A stretch of 36,104 nt of DNA, from contig JBBRIM010000001.1 of NCBI GenBank assembly GCA_038221095.1, positions 1 through 36,104 on the forward strand, read 5' to 3'. Below the pieces are notes generated by a model that was given only the letters and a program-made list of their open reading frames with translations, was not told the origin of the DNA and did no database searches. The translations under genes were made by a program, and so were the position numbers. The stretch is from Candidatus Limnocylindrales bacterium. GTDB lineage: Bacteria > Chloroflexota > Limnocylindria > Limnocylindrales > CSP1-4. The first letter of the stretch is position 1. The number at the start of each line of letters is the position of its first letter. This document shows, piece by piece, positions 7,151-16,025 of the stretch.

Positions 7151-8131
7151 ATGTCCACCCGTCGTCCGCTGGCGAACTCCGCCGTCATTGGCCTGATTTC
7201 GCTGACCATGCTCGTGAGCGCGTGCTCCGGGTCACCGGCCACAACCTCGAGTGTCGCACCCTCGGCCAGCGACACGGCCTCCCCGAGCCCGTCGGCATCG
7301 GCCTCGCCCAGCCCGAGCCCATCGGTCAAACCCAGCCCGTCCCCCAGCCCCACCCCGACACCGGTCCCGACCCCGTCCGCGTTCACCCTCAACTCGCAAG
7401 TCTGGTGGAGCGGCTATGAGATCAGTGTCACGGGCGGTACCTACGATCCCCGCAAGCACAACCTGAACATCAATGCGACCTTCAAGAACACGAGCACGCA
7501 GCAGGTCGATGCGAGCTCACTCAGCAATGGGGTCAAGATCGTCTGGAACGGGCAGTTCCTGCCCGGCTACGTCAGCCAGGGTCCGATCCCGGTCGGTGCG
7601 ACAGCGAGCGCCCAGATCCAGCTCCAGCCGCCGGCCGATTTTGTCGTGGACGACGCGGTGCTCACCTTTGGCCAGCCCAGCGAGCACCAGGCGCTCGTCC
7701 CCTTGAACGGCACTCCGGCCACCTCCGAGCAGCCGACGACCCTGGCGATCAAGGGCGCGTTGAAGATGGGCAAGTTCGTGACGTTCACGATCTCGCGCTC
7801 CCTGCTCGTGCCGGCCTCGTGCAGCGGCTATCCCGAGCGGTTCAAGTACGGAGTCATTAACAAGGACCAGGTCTCGATCGTGCTCTTTGGCCAGGCCACC
7901 AACGCCGACACGCTCAACTACGCCCAGATCGACCAGGGCTACATCAACATCCCGGACGGAACCACGGCGGTCAGCAACCCGACGGCCGGCTGGTCACTGG
8001 CGCCCAAGGCAACTCTGCGCGACCAGGCGATGTGCTTTCCGATCCCGGCTCCGGGCACCGGGTCGTACAAGCTCACCATGCACGAGTCGCGCTCCAAGGG
8101 CATCGGCATCCTTCCCTTCGTCCTGCCGTAG
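7151..8131 (+). CDS. Secreted lipoprotein with a Ser/Pro-rich linker and a C-terminal beta-rich domain; unknown function
   Basis: ATG 7151 after GAGAAGGGA. Signal peptide with lipobox LVSAC, then the linker SPSPSASASPSPSPSVKPSPSPSPTPTPVPTPS. The upstream part of the 6455-8131 ORF is a shadow of the previous gene. Confidence 0.75.
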   Translation: MSTRRPLANSAVIGLISLTMLVSACSGSPATTSSVAPSASDTASPSPSASASPSPSPSVKPSPSPSPTPTPVPTPSAFTLNSQVWWSGYEISVTGGTYDPRKHNLNINATFKNTSTQQVDASSLSNGVKIVWNGQFLPGYVSQGPIPVGATASAQIQLQPPADFVVDDAVLTFGQPSEHQALVPLNGTPATSEQPTTLAIKGALKMGKFVTFTISRSLLVPASCSGYPERFKYGVINKDQVSIVLFGQATNADTLNYAQIDQGYINIPDGTTAVSNPTAGWSLAPKATLRDQAMCFPIPAPGTGSYKLTMHESRSKGIGILPFVLP

Positions 8132-8146
8132 GACCTGGGCCCTGGC

Positions 8147-8506
8147 TCAGCGGACCACGAGCAGGCTGAGAAGGAGAAGTCCCAGGACTGCAGCCGTGAT
8201 GACCGCGTAGAGGCGATCGCGCTCAAGGACGAACGCAACGAGCGATATCCCGACGCGGGCGACCGGTGTGGCGATCAGGGCTAGCAACCCGGCCTGGGCG
8301 ATCGCGATCGGCCGGAGTGCGCCGAGGCCGGACACGACGCTCGAGAAGTCGGTCGGGTCGGATGTTCCCTGGGCGGCTCCGACCAACGACCCGGTCCAGC
8401 CGACGAGCAGGGCGCCAATGAAGCCGGTGGCGATCAGTCCCGCGCTGATCGCCACGCCCGCGATCAGGATTCGCGAGACCCACGCCCGGAACCGCTCGGC
8501 CGTCAT
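8147..8506 (-). CDS. DUF1634 domain membrane protein (usual partner of TauE/SafE exporters)
   Basis: 119 aa with 3-4 TM segments. Pattern RILIAGVAISAGLIATGF...ALRPIAIAQAGLLALIATPVARV. Overlaps the upstream TauE stop by 1 nt. Confidence 0.8.
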   Translation of the reverse strand: MTAERFRAWVSRILIAGVAISAGLIATGFIGALLVGWTGSLVGAAQGTSDPTDFSSVVSGLGALRPIAIAQAGLLALIATPVARVGISLVAFVLERDRLYAVITAAVLGLLLLSLLVVR

Positions 8507-9315
8507 CAGACGAGCCCGAAGCCGCGGGCCAGGGTCTGGAGGCCGACCAGGACCAGGACCGGCACGAAGATGCGCCGGACCGCCCGGTTGGACAGGTGGG
8601 GCAGGATCCGGGCCCCGAGGACGGCCCCGCCCAGGACGCCCAGGGCGACCGGCGCCGCGATCCGTGGGTCGACGTCACCCCGGCTGAGGTAGATCCCGGC
8701 CGATGCGGCCGCGGTCACCCCGATCATGAAGTTGCTGGTCGCCGAGCTGACTTTGATCGGTAGCCCCATTGCCGTATCCATGGCCACCACCTTGAGCGCG
8801 CCCGAGCCGATCCCGAGCAGCCCGGACACGAGCCCCGCGCAGCCCATCAGCCCAAAGCCGAGCGGGATCCGGCGGGCTGCATAGGCCACGGTCCGGCCCT
8901 GGTTGCGGTCCGGATACGAGCCGAACAGGCGCAGGCGGCGGGCGAGGGGTGACGGCGTGACCGGCCCGGCCGGCTGGTCGGTGAGCCTGACCAGCTGGAG
9001 GGCGGCCGATCCGAGGAGGACCAGCCCGAGCAGGACGAACAGGAACGCGGGTGCAATCAGACTGGTGAGCAGCGCGCCGCTGATCGCGCCGGCGGTGGTG
9101 GCCAGCTCGAGGAACATGCCGATGTGAAGGTCGGTCATCCGGTCGCGCACGTAGGCGGCCGCCGATCCCGAACTCGTGGCGATGACGCCGACGATGCTGG
9201 CCCCGATCGCCAGGTGGATGTCGACGCCGAAGGCGAGGGTCAGGGCGGGAATGACGAACAGGCCGCCACCAACCCCGGCCAGCGCCCCGATCAGCCCGGC
9301 AACGAGACTGATCAC
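8506..9315 (-). CDS. TauE/SafE family sulfite/organosulfonate-type anion exporter
   Basis: Gly-rich TM motifs LAGVGGGLFVIPAL and GIGSGALKV. About 8 TM. The true start may be an in-frame CTG at 9354 behind a strong AGGAGA Shine-Dalgarno. Confidence 0.85.
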   Translation of the reverse strand: MISLVAGLIGALAGVGGGLFVIPALTLAFGVDIHLAIGASIVGVIATSSGSAAAYVRDRMTDLHIGMFLELATTAGAISGALLTSLIAPAFLFVLLGLVLLGSAALQLVRLTDQPAGPVTPSPLARRLRLFGSYPDRNQGRTVAYAARRIPLGFGLMGCAGLVSGLLGIGSGALKVVAMDTAMGLPIKVSSATSNFMIGVTAAASAGIYLSRGDVDPRIAAPVALGVLGGAVLGARILPHLSNRAVRRIFVPVLVLVGLQTLARGFGLV

Positions 9316-9358
9316 GAAGATCCCGAGGTCTGCCCCGAGGGTGAGTCCGGTCAGCGTT

Positions 9359-9384
9359 GATCTCCTACCTGCAGGTAGGTGATC
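9359..9384. promoter_or_regulatory. 26-bp near-perfect palindrome (perfect 16-bp core CCTACCTGCAGGTAGG) in the divergent TauE / ABC-importer intergenic region; operator or RBS-occluding hairpin candidate
   Basis: Reads gatcTcctacctgcaggtaggTgatc; the only non-complementary pair is T9363/T9380. The minus-strand arm contains the AGGAGA SD. Confidence 0.5.
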
Positions 9385-9548
9385 CTACGGCGGAGAGCGC
9401 CGGTGCGCCAGCGGCGACACGACAGGGATGGCCCGTCATTGAGCCCAGTGATACGCTGCAGCCCTTCCGGGTAGGGCGGAGGTTTTGGAGGCCCACCCAG
9501 GGACGCATTCCCGCGTCGAGTTTGTTCATTTCGTGGAGGAGATTCCCG

Positions 9549-10514
9549 ATGCGTACGTTGCGCACTGCTGTGACTGCGGTTGCGGCACTTGCCATTACCC
9601 TGTCGGCCTGTACGACCGCGGCAGCGACGGCCAGCCCGGAGACGTCGGTCACGCCGTCGGCGGCCCCCAGCGTCGCCAGCACCGCCCCGAGCACCGCGCC
9701 CAGTGTGCCGGCGAGCACGGCCCCGGCCCCGTCCGCCATCGCCCTGCCCTCGGGCGCGACGACCTTCGACGGCAAGCTCGTGATCTGCTCGGATATCCCG
9801 TACCCGCCCCTTGAGTACTTCGATCCGAACGCCAGTCCGATCGGCTCGGACATCGAGATCGGCCAGGAGATCGCCAAGCGTCTCGGCGCGACCGCGGTCA
9901 TCCAGAACTCGGTCTTCGACACGATCATTCCGGCCCTGATCGGCGGAAAGTGCGACATCATCATCAGCGACCAGAACATCACCGCCGAGCGGGTCAAGCA
10001 GGTCGACATGATCCCCTACTTCGAGGCGGGTCAATCCTTCGTCGTGGCGGTCGGCAACCCGGCCGGGATCAAGTCCACGGACGACCTGTGCGGCAAGAAG
10101 GTCGGCGCCGAGACCGGCACGACCGAAGTCGACTACCTGGCCAAGACGCTCTCGCCGGCCTGCACCAAGAAGGGATCGCCGGCGATCATCTCCAAGTCAT
10201 TCGGCAAGGACTCCGACGCGCTCCTGGCGCTTCAGTCGGGCCAGGTGGACGCCTACTTTGCCGATACCCCACCGGCCGCCTACTACACCATCCAGCACCC
10301 TGACCAGTTCGTGCTTGCTCCAATCGCACCGCTGGCGCCGGCCTTCGCCGGAATCAGCGTGCTGAAGAGCAACACCGGCCTACGCGATGCCGTCCAGCAG
10401 GCGCTCGTCTCGATGGCCAACGATGGAACCTACCTGACGATCCTCAAGAAGTACGCCGTCGACTCGGGTGCCCTCACCCCGGCCGACATGATGACGGTCA
10501 ACAAGATCCAGTAA
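9549..10514 (+). CDS. Polar amino-acid ABC transporter substrate-binding lipoprotein (SBP family 3)
   Basis: ATG 9549 after GGAGGAG. Lipobox ITLSAC. SBP_bac_3-like blocks LVICSDIPYPPLEYFD, FDTIIPALIGGKCDIIISD, LQSGQVDAYFAD. Confidence 0.9.
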   Translation: MRTLRTAVTAVAALAITLSACTTAAATASPETSVTPSAAPSVASTAPSTAPSVPASTAPAPSAIALPSGATTFDGKLVICSDIPYPPLEYFDPNASPIGSDIEIGQEIAKRLGATAVIQNSVFDTIIPALIGGKCDIIISDQNITAERVKQVDMIPYFEAGQSFVVAVGNPAGIKSTDDLCGKKVGAETGTTEVDYLAKTLSPACTKKGSPAIISKSFGKDSDALLALQSGQVDAYFADTPPAAYYTIQHPDQFVLAPIAPLAPAFAGISVLKSNTGLRDAVQQALVSMANDGTYLTILKKYAVDSGALTPADMMTVNKIQ

Positions 10515-10541
10515 GGCATCCCTGGAGAGACGTTTCGGCCG

Positions 10542-11459
10542 ATGACCGCGTTCCACCGTCTCGGTACGAAGGGAGCACCCCGGTCCGCCCTCGCGGTCGG
10601 GGTGCTCGTCGTGCTTGCGCTCACCCTGGCGGGCTGCTCGGCCTCGACCAAGGCCCCCTACCCCTACCACTGGAACCTGTTCTTCGACTCGATCTTCCGA
10701 CCCGACAACCAGATCCTGAACGGGCTGCTGCTGACGGTCGTGATCTCGGTCGCGGCCCAGGCGATCGGGGTCATCCTGGGGATCTTTGCCGCCCTGGGCA
10801 AGATGTCCAAGGCGCTCCCGATCCGCTGGTTCGCCAACATCTACATCTGGTTCTTCCGGGGAACACCCCTGATCGTCCAGCTTGTCTTCTTCTTCTACGG
10901 CCTGAGCGTTGCCCGGATCTACACCTGGCCTGAGCTTACGATCGGGCCGCTCACGATCGATGGGGCGGTGCAGGCAGGGATTTTCGCCCTTGGCCTGAAC
11001 GAGGGCGCCTACATGGCCGAGATCGTGCGGGCCGGCATCCTGGCGGTTGATCCGGGCCAGATGGAAGCAGCCCGGGCCCTCGGCATGACGCCGGGCAAGG
11101 CGATGCGCCGGATCGTCCTGCCGCAGGCCGCCCGGGTGATCATTCCGCCCCTCGGCAACGAGTTCAACAACATGCTCAAGACGACCTCGCTGCTCTTCGT
11201 CCTCAGCGTTGTCGAGTTGTACTCCACGTTCAACATCAAGCAGGGCAACTCGTTCACGCCGTTCGAGTACTACCTGGCCTGTGCCGTCTGGTACCTGCTC
11301 CTGACCACCATCTGGGGCTTCATCCAGGCATGGATCGAGCGCCGGCTGGCCAAGGGCACGCCGGGGGCAGCGGCCGGCGGCGGACCGGGATTCCGATCCC
11401 GGGTGATGGGCTTCCGGCGGCCGGTCGACGATGTCTCGCTGGTCAGTGGCGGCCGATGA
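10542..11459 (+). CDS. Amino-acid ABC transporter permease (His/Glu/Gln/Arg/opine family)
   Basis: EAA loop [34 protein letters not shown] motif. N-terminal extension with a lipobox-like LTLAGC. Confidence 0.9.
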   Translation: MTAFHRLGTKGAPRSALAVGVLVVLALTLAGCSASTKAPYPYHWNLFFDSIFRPDNQILNGLLLTVVISVAAQAIGVILGIFAALGKMSKALPIRWFANIYIWFFRGTPLIVQLVFFFYGLSVARIYTWPELTIGPLTIDGAVQAGIFALGLNEGAYMAEIVRAGILAVDPGQMEAARALGMTPGKAMRRIVLPQAARVIIPPLGNEFNNMLKTTSLLFVLSVVELYSTFNIKQGNSFTPFEYYLACAVWYLLLTTIWGFIQAWIERRLAKGTPGAAAGGGPGFRSRVMGFRRPVDDVSLVSGGR

Positions 11460-12280
11460 TGAACCAGCCCGACGAGACCAACCTGCTCGAGGCGATCGGC
11501 GGCGTGCCCCTGGCCGAGACGGCCAACGTCGTCGAGGTCACCGACCTGCACAAGTGGTTTGGCCGGAACGAGGTGCTCAAGGGTGTCTCGATGACGGTCA
11601 AGCAGCGCGAGGTCGTGGTCGTGTGCGGCCCGTCCGGCTCGGGCAAGACGACCTTCATCCGCTGCGTCAACCACCTCGAGAAGATCCAGAAGGGCCGGAT
11701 CATGGTGAACGGCCACCTGATCGGCTTTCGCGAGCAGAACGGCAAGCTCGTCGCGGACAAGGAGCGCAACATCGCGCGGCAACGTCAGGAGATCGGGATG
11801 GTCTTCCAGCGTTTCAACCTGTTCCCCCACAAGACGGCCCTCGGCAACATCATCGAGGCCCCGATCCAGGTTCGCGGGATGGACGCGGACGAGGCAATCG
11901 AAATGGGCCGCAAGCTGCTCGCCCGGGTGGGCCTGGCCCACAAGGAGGACGCCTACCCGAGCCAGCTGTCGGGCGGCCAGCAGCAGCGGGTGGCGATCGC
12001 GCGGGCCCTCGCGATGCGGCCCGCGGTGATGCTCTTCGACGAGCCGACCAGTGCGCTCGATCCGGAGATGATCGGCGAGGTCCTCGAGGTGATGAAGGAG
12101 CTCGCCCGGGAGGGGATGACGATGATCGTGGTCAGCCACGAGATGGGCTTCGCCCGAGAGGTTGCCGACCGGATGGTGATGATGGACGACGGCCTGATCA
12201 TCGAGGAAGGCACGCCCGAGCATTTCTTCACGAACCCCCAGCAGGAACGTACGAAGAGCTTCCTCTCGAAGATCCTGTAG
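11456..12280 (+). CDS. Amino-acid ABC transporter ATP-binding protein (GlnQ-like)
   Basis: Walker [10 protein letters not shown], signature [15 protein letters not shown], Walker [15 protein letters not shown] overlaps the permease stop (ATGATGA). Confidence 0.95.
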   Translation: MMNQPDETNLLEAIGGVPLAETANVVEVTDLHKWFGRNEVLKGVSMTVKQREVVVVCGPSGSGKTTFIRCVNHLEKIQKGRIMVNGHLIGFREQNGKLVADKERNIARQRQEIGMVFQRFNLFPHKTALGNIIEAPIQVRGMDADEAIEMGRKLLARVGLAHKEDAYPSQLSGGQQQRVAIARALAMRPAVMLFDEPTSALDPEMIGEVLEVMKELAREGMTMIVVSHEMGFAREVADRMVMMDDGLIIEEGTPEHFFTNPQQERTKSFLSKIL

Positions 12281-12373
12281 GGGCGCGGCTCGCGGCGAGG
12301 GCCCCGGTCCGCGGCGGTCCCGGATGGCGCAGCCAGGGCACTGGTCCCGCGAGGCCCACCCGAGTTTCGGACA

Positions 12374-12541
12374 AATGCCGCCGTCAGCGGCCGTATGGTC
12401 GGATCCCGGCCGATTTCGGGCTAGCTTGGGTGCGGCCGGCCGGGGCGCGGCGCAGAATCGTGCTCAGTCCAGGCCCCGGCTCCGTCTCGGGCGTCGATCC
12501 AGCGCATTCGACCGACCGTACGGCCGCTGACAGCGGCAATT
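12374..12541. repeat. Inverted-repeat-bounded unit 1 (about 168 bp): 26-bp stem with one mismatch and one G-T pair; MITE-like or structured RNA candidate
   Basis: 12377-12402 pairs with 12512-12537 (gccgccgtcagcggccgtatggtcgg / ccgaccgtacggccgctgacagcggc). Confidence 0.6.
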
Positions 12542-12550
12542 GGCAGCAGC

Positions 12551-12731
12551 TGTCTCAAATGTCGCTGACCGACGCACTACGGCCGAGGTAACCGCCGATT
12601 CGCCCGGTTTGACGCCGGGAGCATCGCCCGAGCCGGACGATCCGTGCGTGGCCGAACGCCGCGAACGGAGGTCAGGGACCTGGAATGCCACGAGATCTGC
12701 CGCAGTGCGGCTGGTGGCGACATTTGAGACA
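12551..12731. repeat. Inverted-repeat-bounded unit 2 (about 181 bp): 15-bp perfect terminal stem extended to about 32 bp imperfect
   Basis: tgtctcaaatgtcgc (12551-12565) is the exact reverse complement of gcgacatttgagaca (12717-12731). The arms continue pairing to 12582/12700. Arm core CAAATG.CGC.G is shared with unit 1 (18/27 identities). Confidence 0.6.
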
Positions 12732-13031
12732 GGACCCCGTGCCCGCGACGGCCGGGCCGAAGCGCGCACGGCCGAGCCGATTCGGCCTCGCCGACGACGC
12801 CGCCGGCGACCCACCAGGACCGCGGCGCTACATCTCCGTGGGGTCGTGCGTCTCAACGTGGACGCCGGGCGGTACTGGCAGGCAACTTGGGACCGCCCGG
12901 CGTCGCCACTCCCCAGCGTGACCCCCGCCGAACCGCCGATCCCCACCAACTCCGCCGCCGGGATCGTCCAAGTCGCAGCTGCGCCACTGACGATCCACGC
13001 ACGGACCGGCAGCGATCGTGAACGTTCGTTC

Positions 13032-13059
13032 TTGCTTGCGAGGATTTGCCTGCTAGACT
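13032..13059 (+). promoter_or_regulatory. Candidate sigma-70-type promoter for the LCP gene (TTGCTT - 16 nt - TAGACT)
   Basis: Relatively AT-rich patch 64-91 nt upstream of the GTG at 13123. Hexamers read directly. No experimental support. Confidence 0.3.
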
Positions 13060-13122
13060 CTGCCCCGGCCGGCCCGCCGTGGACCGGCAACGTCCGAGAC
13101 CGCAGCCGGAGTCGCGCCCCGC

Positions 13123-14634
13123 GTGCAGGCCCACCGCCTTCGAAGTGACCAACCGGGTCAGCGCCCCACGGCCGTTCGGCCGCTCAAGCGCGGAACCCGG
13201 TTGATCGAGCGCGACGTCCACCAGGACGAGCCGGCGCGCCGGTACGTCCGCGGGGCCACCGTTGAGCGGGAGGCCGGCCCGAGCAATCGACGGCGCCTGT
13301 TCAGCGCCCTCGTGTCGTCGTTCGTGCCGGGTGCCGGACAGCTGGTCAATGCTCGCTGGCGGACCGCCGTCCAGTTCGGCCTGCCGGTCCTGGCCCTGGT
13401 CGGGATCGCACTGCTCGTGGCCCGGCTCGTGCCGGTGCCCCAACTGCTCGCCCTGGCTCTCGCCCCGAGCACGATCGTGGCCCTCCTGATCGTCAACGCG
13501 GTGGTCTTCGGCTGGCGAATCCTGGCGGCCGGCCAGGCCTTCTTCGATCAGCGCTTCGACTGGCGCCCAAACGGCATGGCGTCAGCCGGCCTGGCCCTCA
13601 TCTTCGTGGTCACGGCCATCCCTCACCTGTTTGCCGCATCGGTGGGCCTCGGCGCGATGCATGCGTTCTCGTCGATCTTCGCCGACGGGTCGGCGACGGG
13701 TAGCGTGGCCGGCGCGCAGAGCGGACTGGTGCCGGCCTCGGGCAGCCGGATCAACATCCTGCTGATCGGCCTGGACTCGGGTGCCGGGCGCGACCATGCC
13801 CTGACCGATTCGATGATGGTCGTGTCGGTCGATCCCGTCGGCAAGACCGCGAGCATGGTTTCGCTGCCGCGCGACATGGTCAATACCCCGCTGGCCGGCG
13901 GCGGAACCTACGCCCCGAAACTCAACTCGCTGATGAGCTACGCCAGCGCGCACCCGAAGGACTTCCCGACAGGGGGCCTGCGCACACTCGAGGACACCGT
14001 TGGGACCCTCCTGGGGATCCCCATCCATTACTACGTGGTCGCCGATCTCGGCTCGTTCGTGAACCTGGTTGACGCCCTCGGCGGGATCAACATCGACGTG
14101 GCCAGGGACCTCAACGACCCGACCTACCACGGCTACGGCGTCCACATGGGCTGGTCGGTGACAGCCGGGCCTCACCATTTCAATGGGTCCGATGCGCTGG
14201 CCTACGCGCGGATCCGCCATCCGGTCGGGGAGAGTGACTTCACCCGCCAGGCCCGCCAGCAGTCATTGCTCCTGGCGCTGCGGCGGCAGCTCGCCAGTCC
14301 TGACCTTGTCCTGCGCCTGCCCAGCCTGATCGCGGCCGTCGGCAACAAGATCGAGACGGACCTGCCCCGCGACCAGCTGCCCAACCTCGCCGCGATTGCG
14401 TCCGAGATCGGCCCGAAGTCGATCTTCCAGCTGGTGATCAGGATCCCCCTGATCAAACCGGAGACGATCGCGCCGTACGGCTCGGTCCAGGTCCCCAACC
14501 TGGCCAGGATCCAGGCGATGTCGGCGCGGCTGTTTTCGGCGCCGGGTACTCGGCCGTCATTGACCGCCGTGACCCCCGGAACCAGCCCGGGAACCAGCCC
14601 GGATCCGAGCCTCAGCCAGAGCGCCGGGCCGTAG
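13123..14634 (+). CDS. LytR-CpsA-Psr (LCP) family cell-wall glycopolymer ligase with a multi-TM N-terminal region
   Basis: LCP core blocks INILLIGLDSG...DSMMVVSVDP, SLPRDM, GGINIDV, GSDALAYARIRH, SDFTRQARQQ. Start uncertain (GTG 13123 or TTG 13201). Confidence 0.9.
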   Translation: MQAHRLRSDQPGQRPTAVRPLKRGTRLIERDVHQDEPARRYVRGATVEREAGPSNRRRLFSALVSSFVPGAGQLVNARWRTAVQFGLPVLALVGIALLVARLVPVPQLLALALAPSTIVALLIVNAVVFGWRILAAGQAFFDQRFDWRPNGMASAGLALIFVVTAIPHLFAASVGLGAMHAFSSIFADGSATGSVAGAQSGLVPASGSRINILLIGLDSGAGRDHALTDSMMVVSVDPVGKTASMVSLPRDMVNTPLAGGGTYAPKLNSLMSYASAHPKDFPTGGLRTLEDTVGTLLGIPIHYYVVADLGSFVNLVDALGGINIDVARDLNDPTYHGYGVHMGWSVTAGPHHFNGSDALAYARIRHPVGESDFTRQARQQSLLLALRRQLASPDLVLRLPSLIAAVGNKIETDLPRDQLPNLAAIASEIGPKSIFQLVIRIPLIKPETIAPYGSVQVPNLARIQAMSARLFSAPGTRPSLTAVTPGTSPGTSPDPSLSQSAGP

Positions 14635-14644
14635 CCCGAGACTC

Positions 14645-15283
14645 TCAGAAACCCAGGGCGCGAAGGCGCCGGCCGAGACGATGGGCGGCTTTCGAGCGGT
14701 GCGAGATGGCGGCTTTCTCGGCGGCTGATTGCTGGCCGAGGGTGCGGCCGCCGGGGGGTTCGCCGAACGGCTCGAAGATCGGGTCGTAGCCAAAGCCGCC
14801 GTTCCCCCGGGGCGCGGCGGCGATCCGGCCGCGGAGGGTGCCCCGGGTCTCGGCCGCGATCGGCAGGCTGCCGCGCAGGCCGAGGCGATCCGGCATCACA
14901 AAGGCCAGCACGCAGACATAGCGCGCGCCCCGCTTCGACGGCGGCAGCCCGGCGAGGGCGGCGAGGAGCTTCGTGTTGTTGTTGGTGTCGGTTGCGTTCT
15001 CGCCGGCGTAGCGCCGGGTGAGGACGCCCGGCCCACCAGCCAGGGCATCGACCTCGATCCCGGAATCGTCGGCGATCGCGGGCAGGCCGCTGAGCCGGGC
15101 GTAGAAGCGCGCCTTGAGCCGGGCGTTCGCCTCGAAGGTCGTGCCGTCCTCGATCGGATCGCCCACGATCCCGAGGGCGTCGAGGGTCACCAGCTCGACC
15201 CGTTCGAGCACGAGCAATTCGGCCAGCTCGGCCAGCTTGTGGCTCGAGCGGGTGGCGAGGACGATCCGGGGCCGGCCCGCCAC
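14645..15283 (-). CDS. RdgB/HAM1 non-canonical purine NTP (dITP/XTP) pyrophosphatase
   Basis: IVLATRSSHKLAEL, EDGTTFEANARLKA, ADDSGIEVDAL.GGPGV, GFGYDPIF, ISHRSKA. Confidence 0.9.
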   Translation of the reverse strand: MAGRPRIVLATRSSHKLAELAELLVLERVELVTLDALGIVGDPIEDGTTFEANARLKARFYARLSGLPAIADDSGIEVDALAGGPGVLTRRYAGENATDTNNNTKLLAALAGLPPSKRGARYVCVLAFVMPDRLGLRGSLPIAAETRGTLRGRIAAAPRGNGGFGYDPIFEPFGEPPGGRTLGQQSAAEKAAISHRSKAAHRLGRRLRALGF

Positions 15284-15287
15284 GCTT

Positions 15288-16025
15288 CTAGCGCCGGACC
15301 GTGGCCAGCGCCCCTGCCTGGGCGGCGAACAGGCGCTCGAGGCCCGTGCCGGCCAGGTCGAGCAGGGTCGTCAGCCCGGCCCGGTCGAACGGCTTGCCCT
15401 CCGCCGTGCCCTGTAGCTCGACGTACGCGCCGGCATCCGTGCCGACCACGTTGAAGTCAACCTCGGCCCGGGAATCCTCCGAATAGTCGAGGTCGAGGAG
15501 CGTCTGCGCGCCAACGATGCCGACGCTGACCGCGGCCACCTTGCCGCTGATCGTGCGCTCCATCCCGTAGCGAATCAGGGCCGCCGCCAGGGCCACGTAG
15601 CCGCCGGTGATCGAGGCGGTCCGGGTGCCGCCGTCAGCCTGCAGGACGTCGCAGTCGATCGTGATCGTCCGCTCGCCGAGCTTGGCCAGGTCCACGACCC
15701 CGCGCAGCGAGCGGCCGACGAGGCGCTGGATCTCGTGAGTCCGGCCGCCGATCCGGCCCTTGGCCGACTCGCGCTGGGTGCGCTCGGCTGTGGCCCGCGG
15801 CAGCATCGAGTACTCGGCGGTGACCCAGCCGGTGCCCTTGCCCCGAAGGTGGGGTGGCACCCGATCCTCGATCGAGGCGGCGCACAGGACCTCGGTGTCG
15901 CCGACCCGGATCCGGCAGGAGCCCTCGGCCCACTTCAGGACATCGAGGGTGAGCGTGATCGGGCGCAGGTCGGTCGGGCCCCGACCGTCGGCTCGAACCG
16001 TGGGCGGCTGGTTGCCGAGGGTCAT
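15288..16025 (-). CDS. rph: Ribonuclease PH
   Basis: [75 protein letters not shown] 16025 overlaps the mazG stop (ATGA). Confidence 0.95.
   Translation of the reverse strand: MTLGNQPPTVRADGRGPTDLRPITLTLDVLKWAEGSCRIRVGDTEVLCAASIEDRVPPHLRGKGTGWVTAEYSMLPRATAERTQRESAKGRIGGRTHEIQRLVGRSLRGVVDLAKLGERTITIDCDVLQADGGTRTASITGGYVALAAALIRYGMERTISGKVAAVSVGIVGAQTLLDLDYSEDSRAEVDFNVVGTDAGAYVELQGTAEGKPFDRAGLTTLLDLAGTGLERLFAAQAGALATVRR

Noticed and set aside
7262-7380. Ser/Pro-rich low-complexity DNA in the lipoprotein linker, checked as a possible tandem repeat or contingency locus
   Set aside because: It is compositionally biased but has no regular repeat unit. This is the ordinary linker of a secreted lipoprotein.
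10542-10640. Lipobox-like LTLAGC in the N-terminal extension of the ABC permease
   Set aside because: It is most simply an uncleaved N-terminal TM/signal anchor, or the result of an over-extended start. Lipidation of a polytopic permease cannot be inferred from sequence.
12668-12700. ggaggtcagggacctggaatgccacgag resembles the SRP RNA domain IV segment GUCAGGUCCGGAAGGAAGCAGC
   Set aside because: The flanking bases do not form the helix-8 stem around a GGAA tetraloop, and the conserved symmetric or asymmetric loops are absent. It lies inside hairpin unit 2.
12464-13148. ORFs 12464-13090 (minus, 208 aa) and 12540-13148 (plus, 202 aa) filling the gene-free gap
   Set aside because: The sequences are low-complexity, including an RRRRRRR run. 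They have no start context and no family resemblance. Part of their apparent length is created by the inverted repeats themselves.
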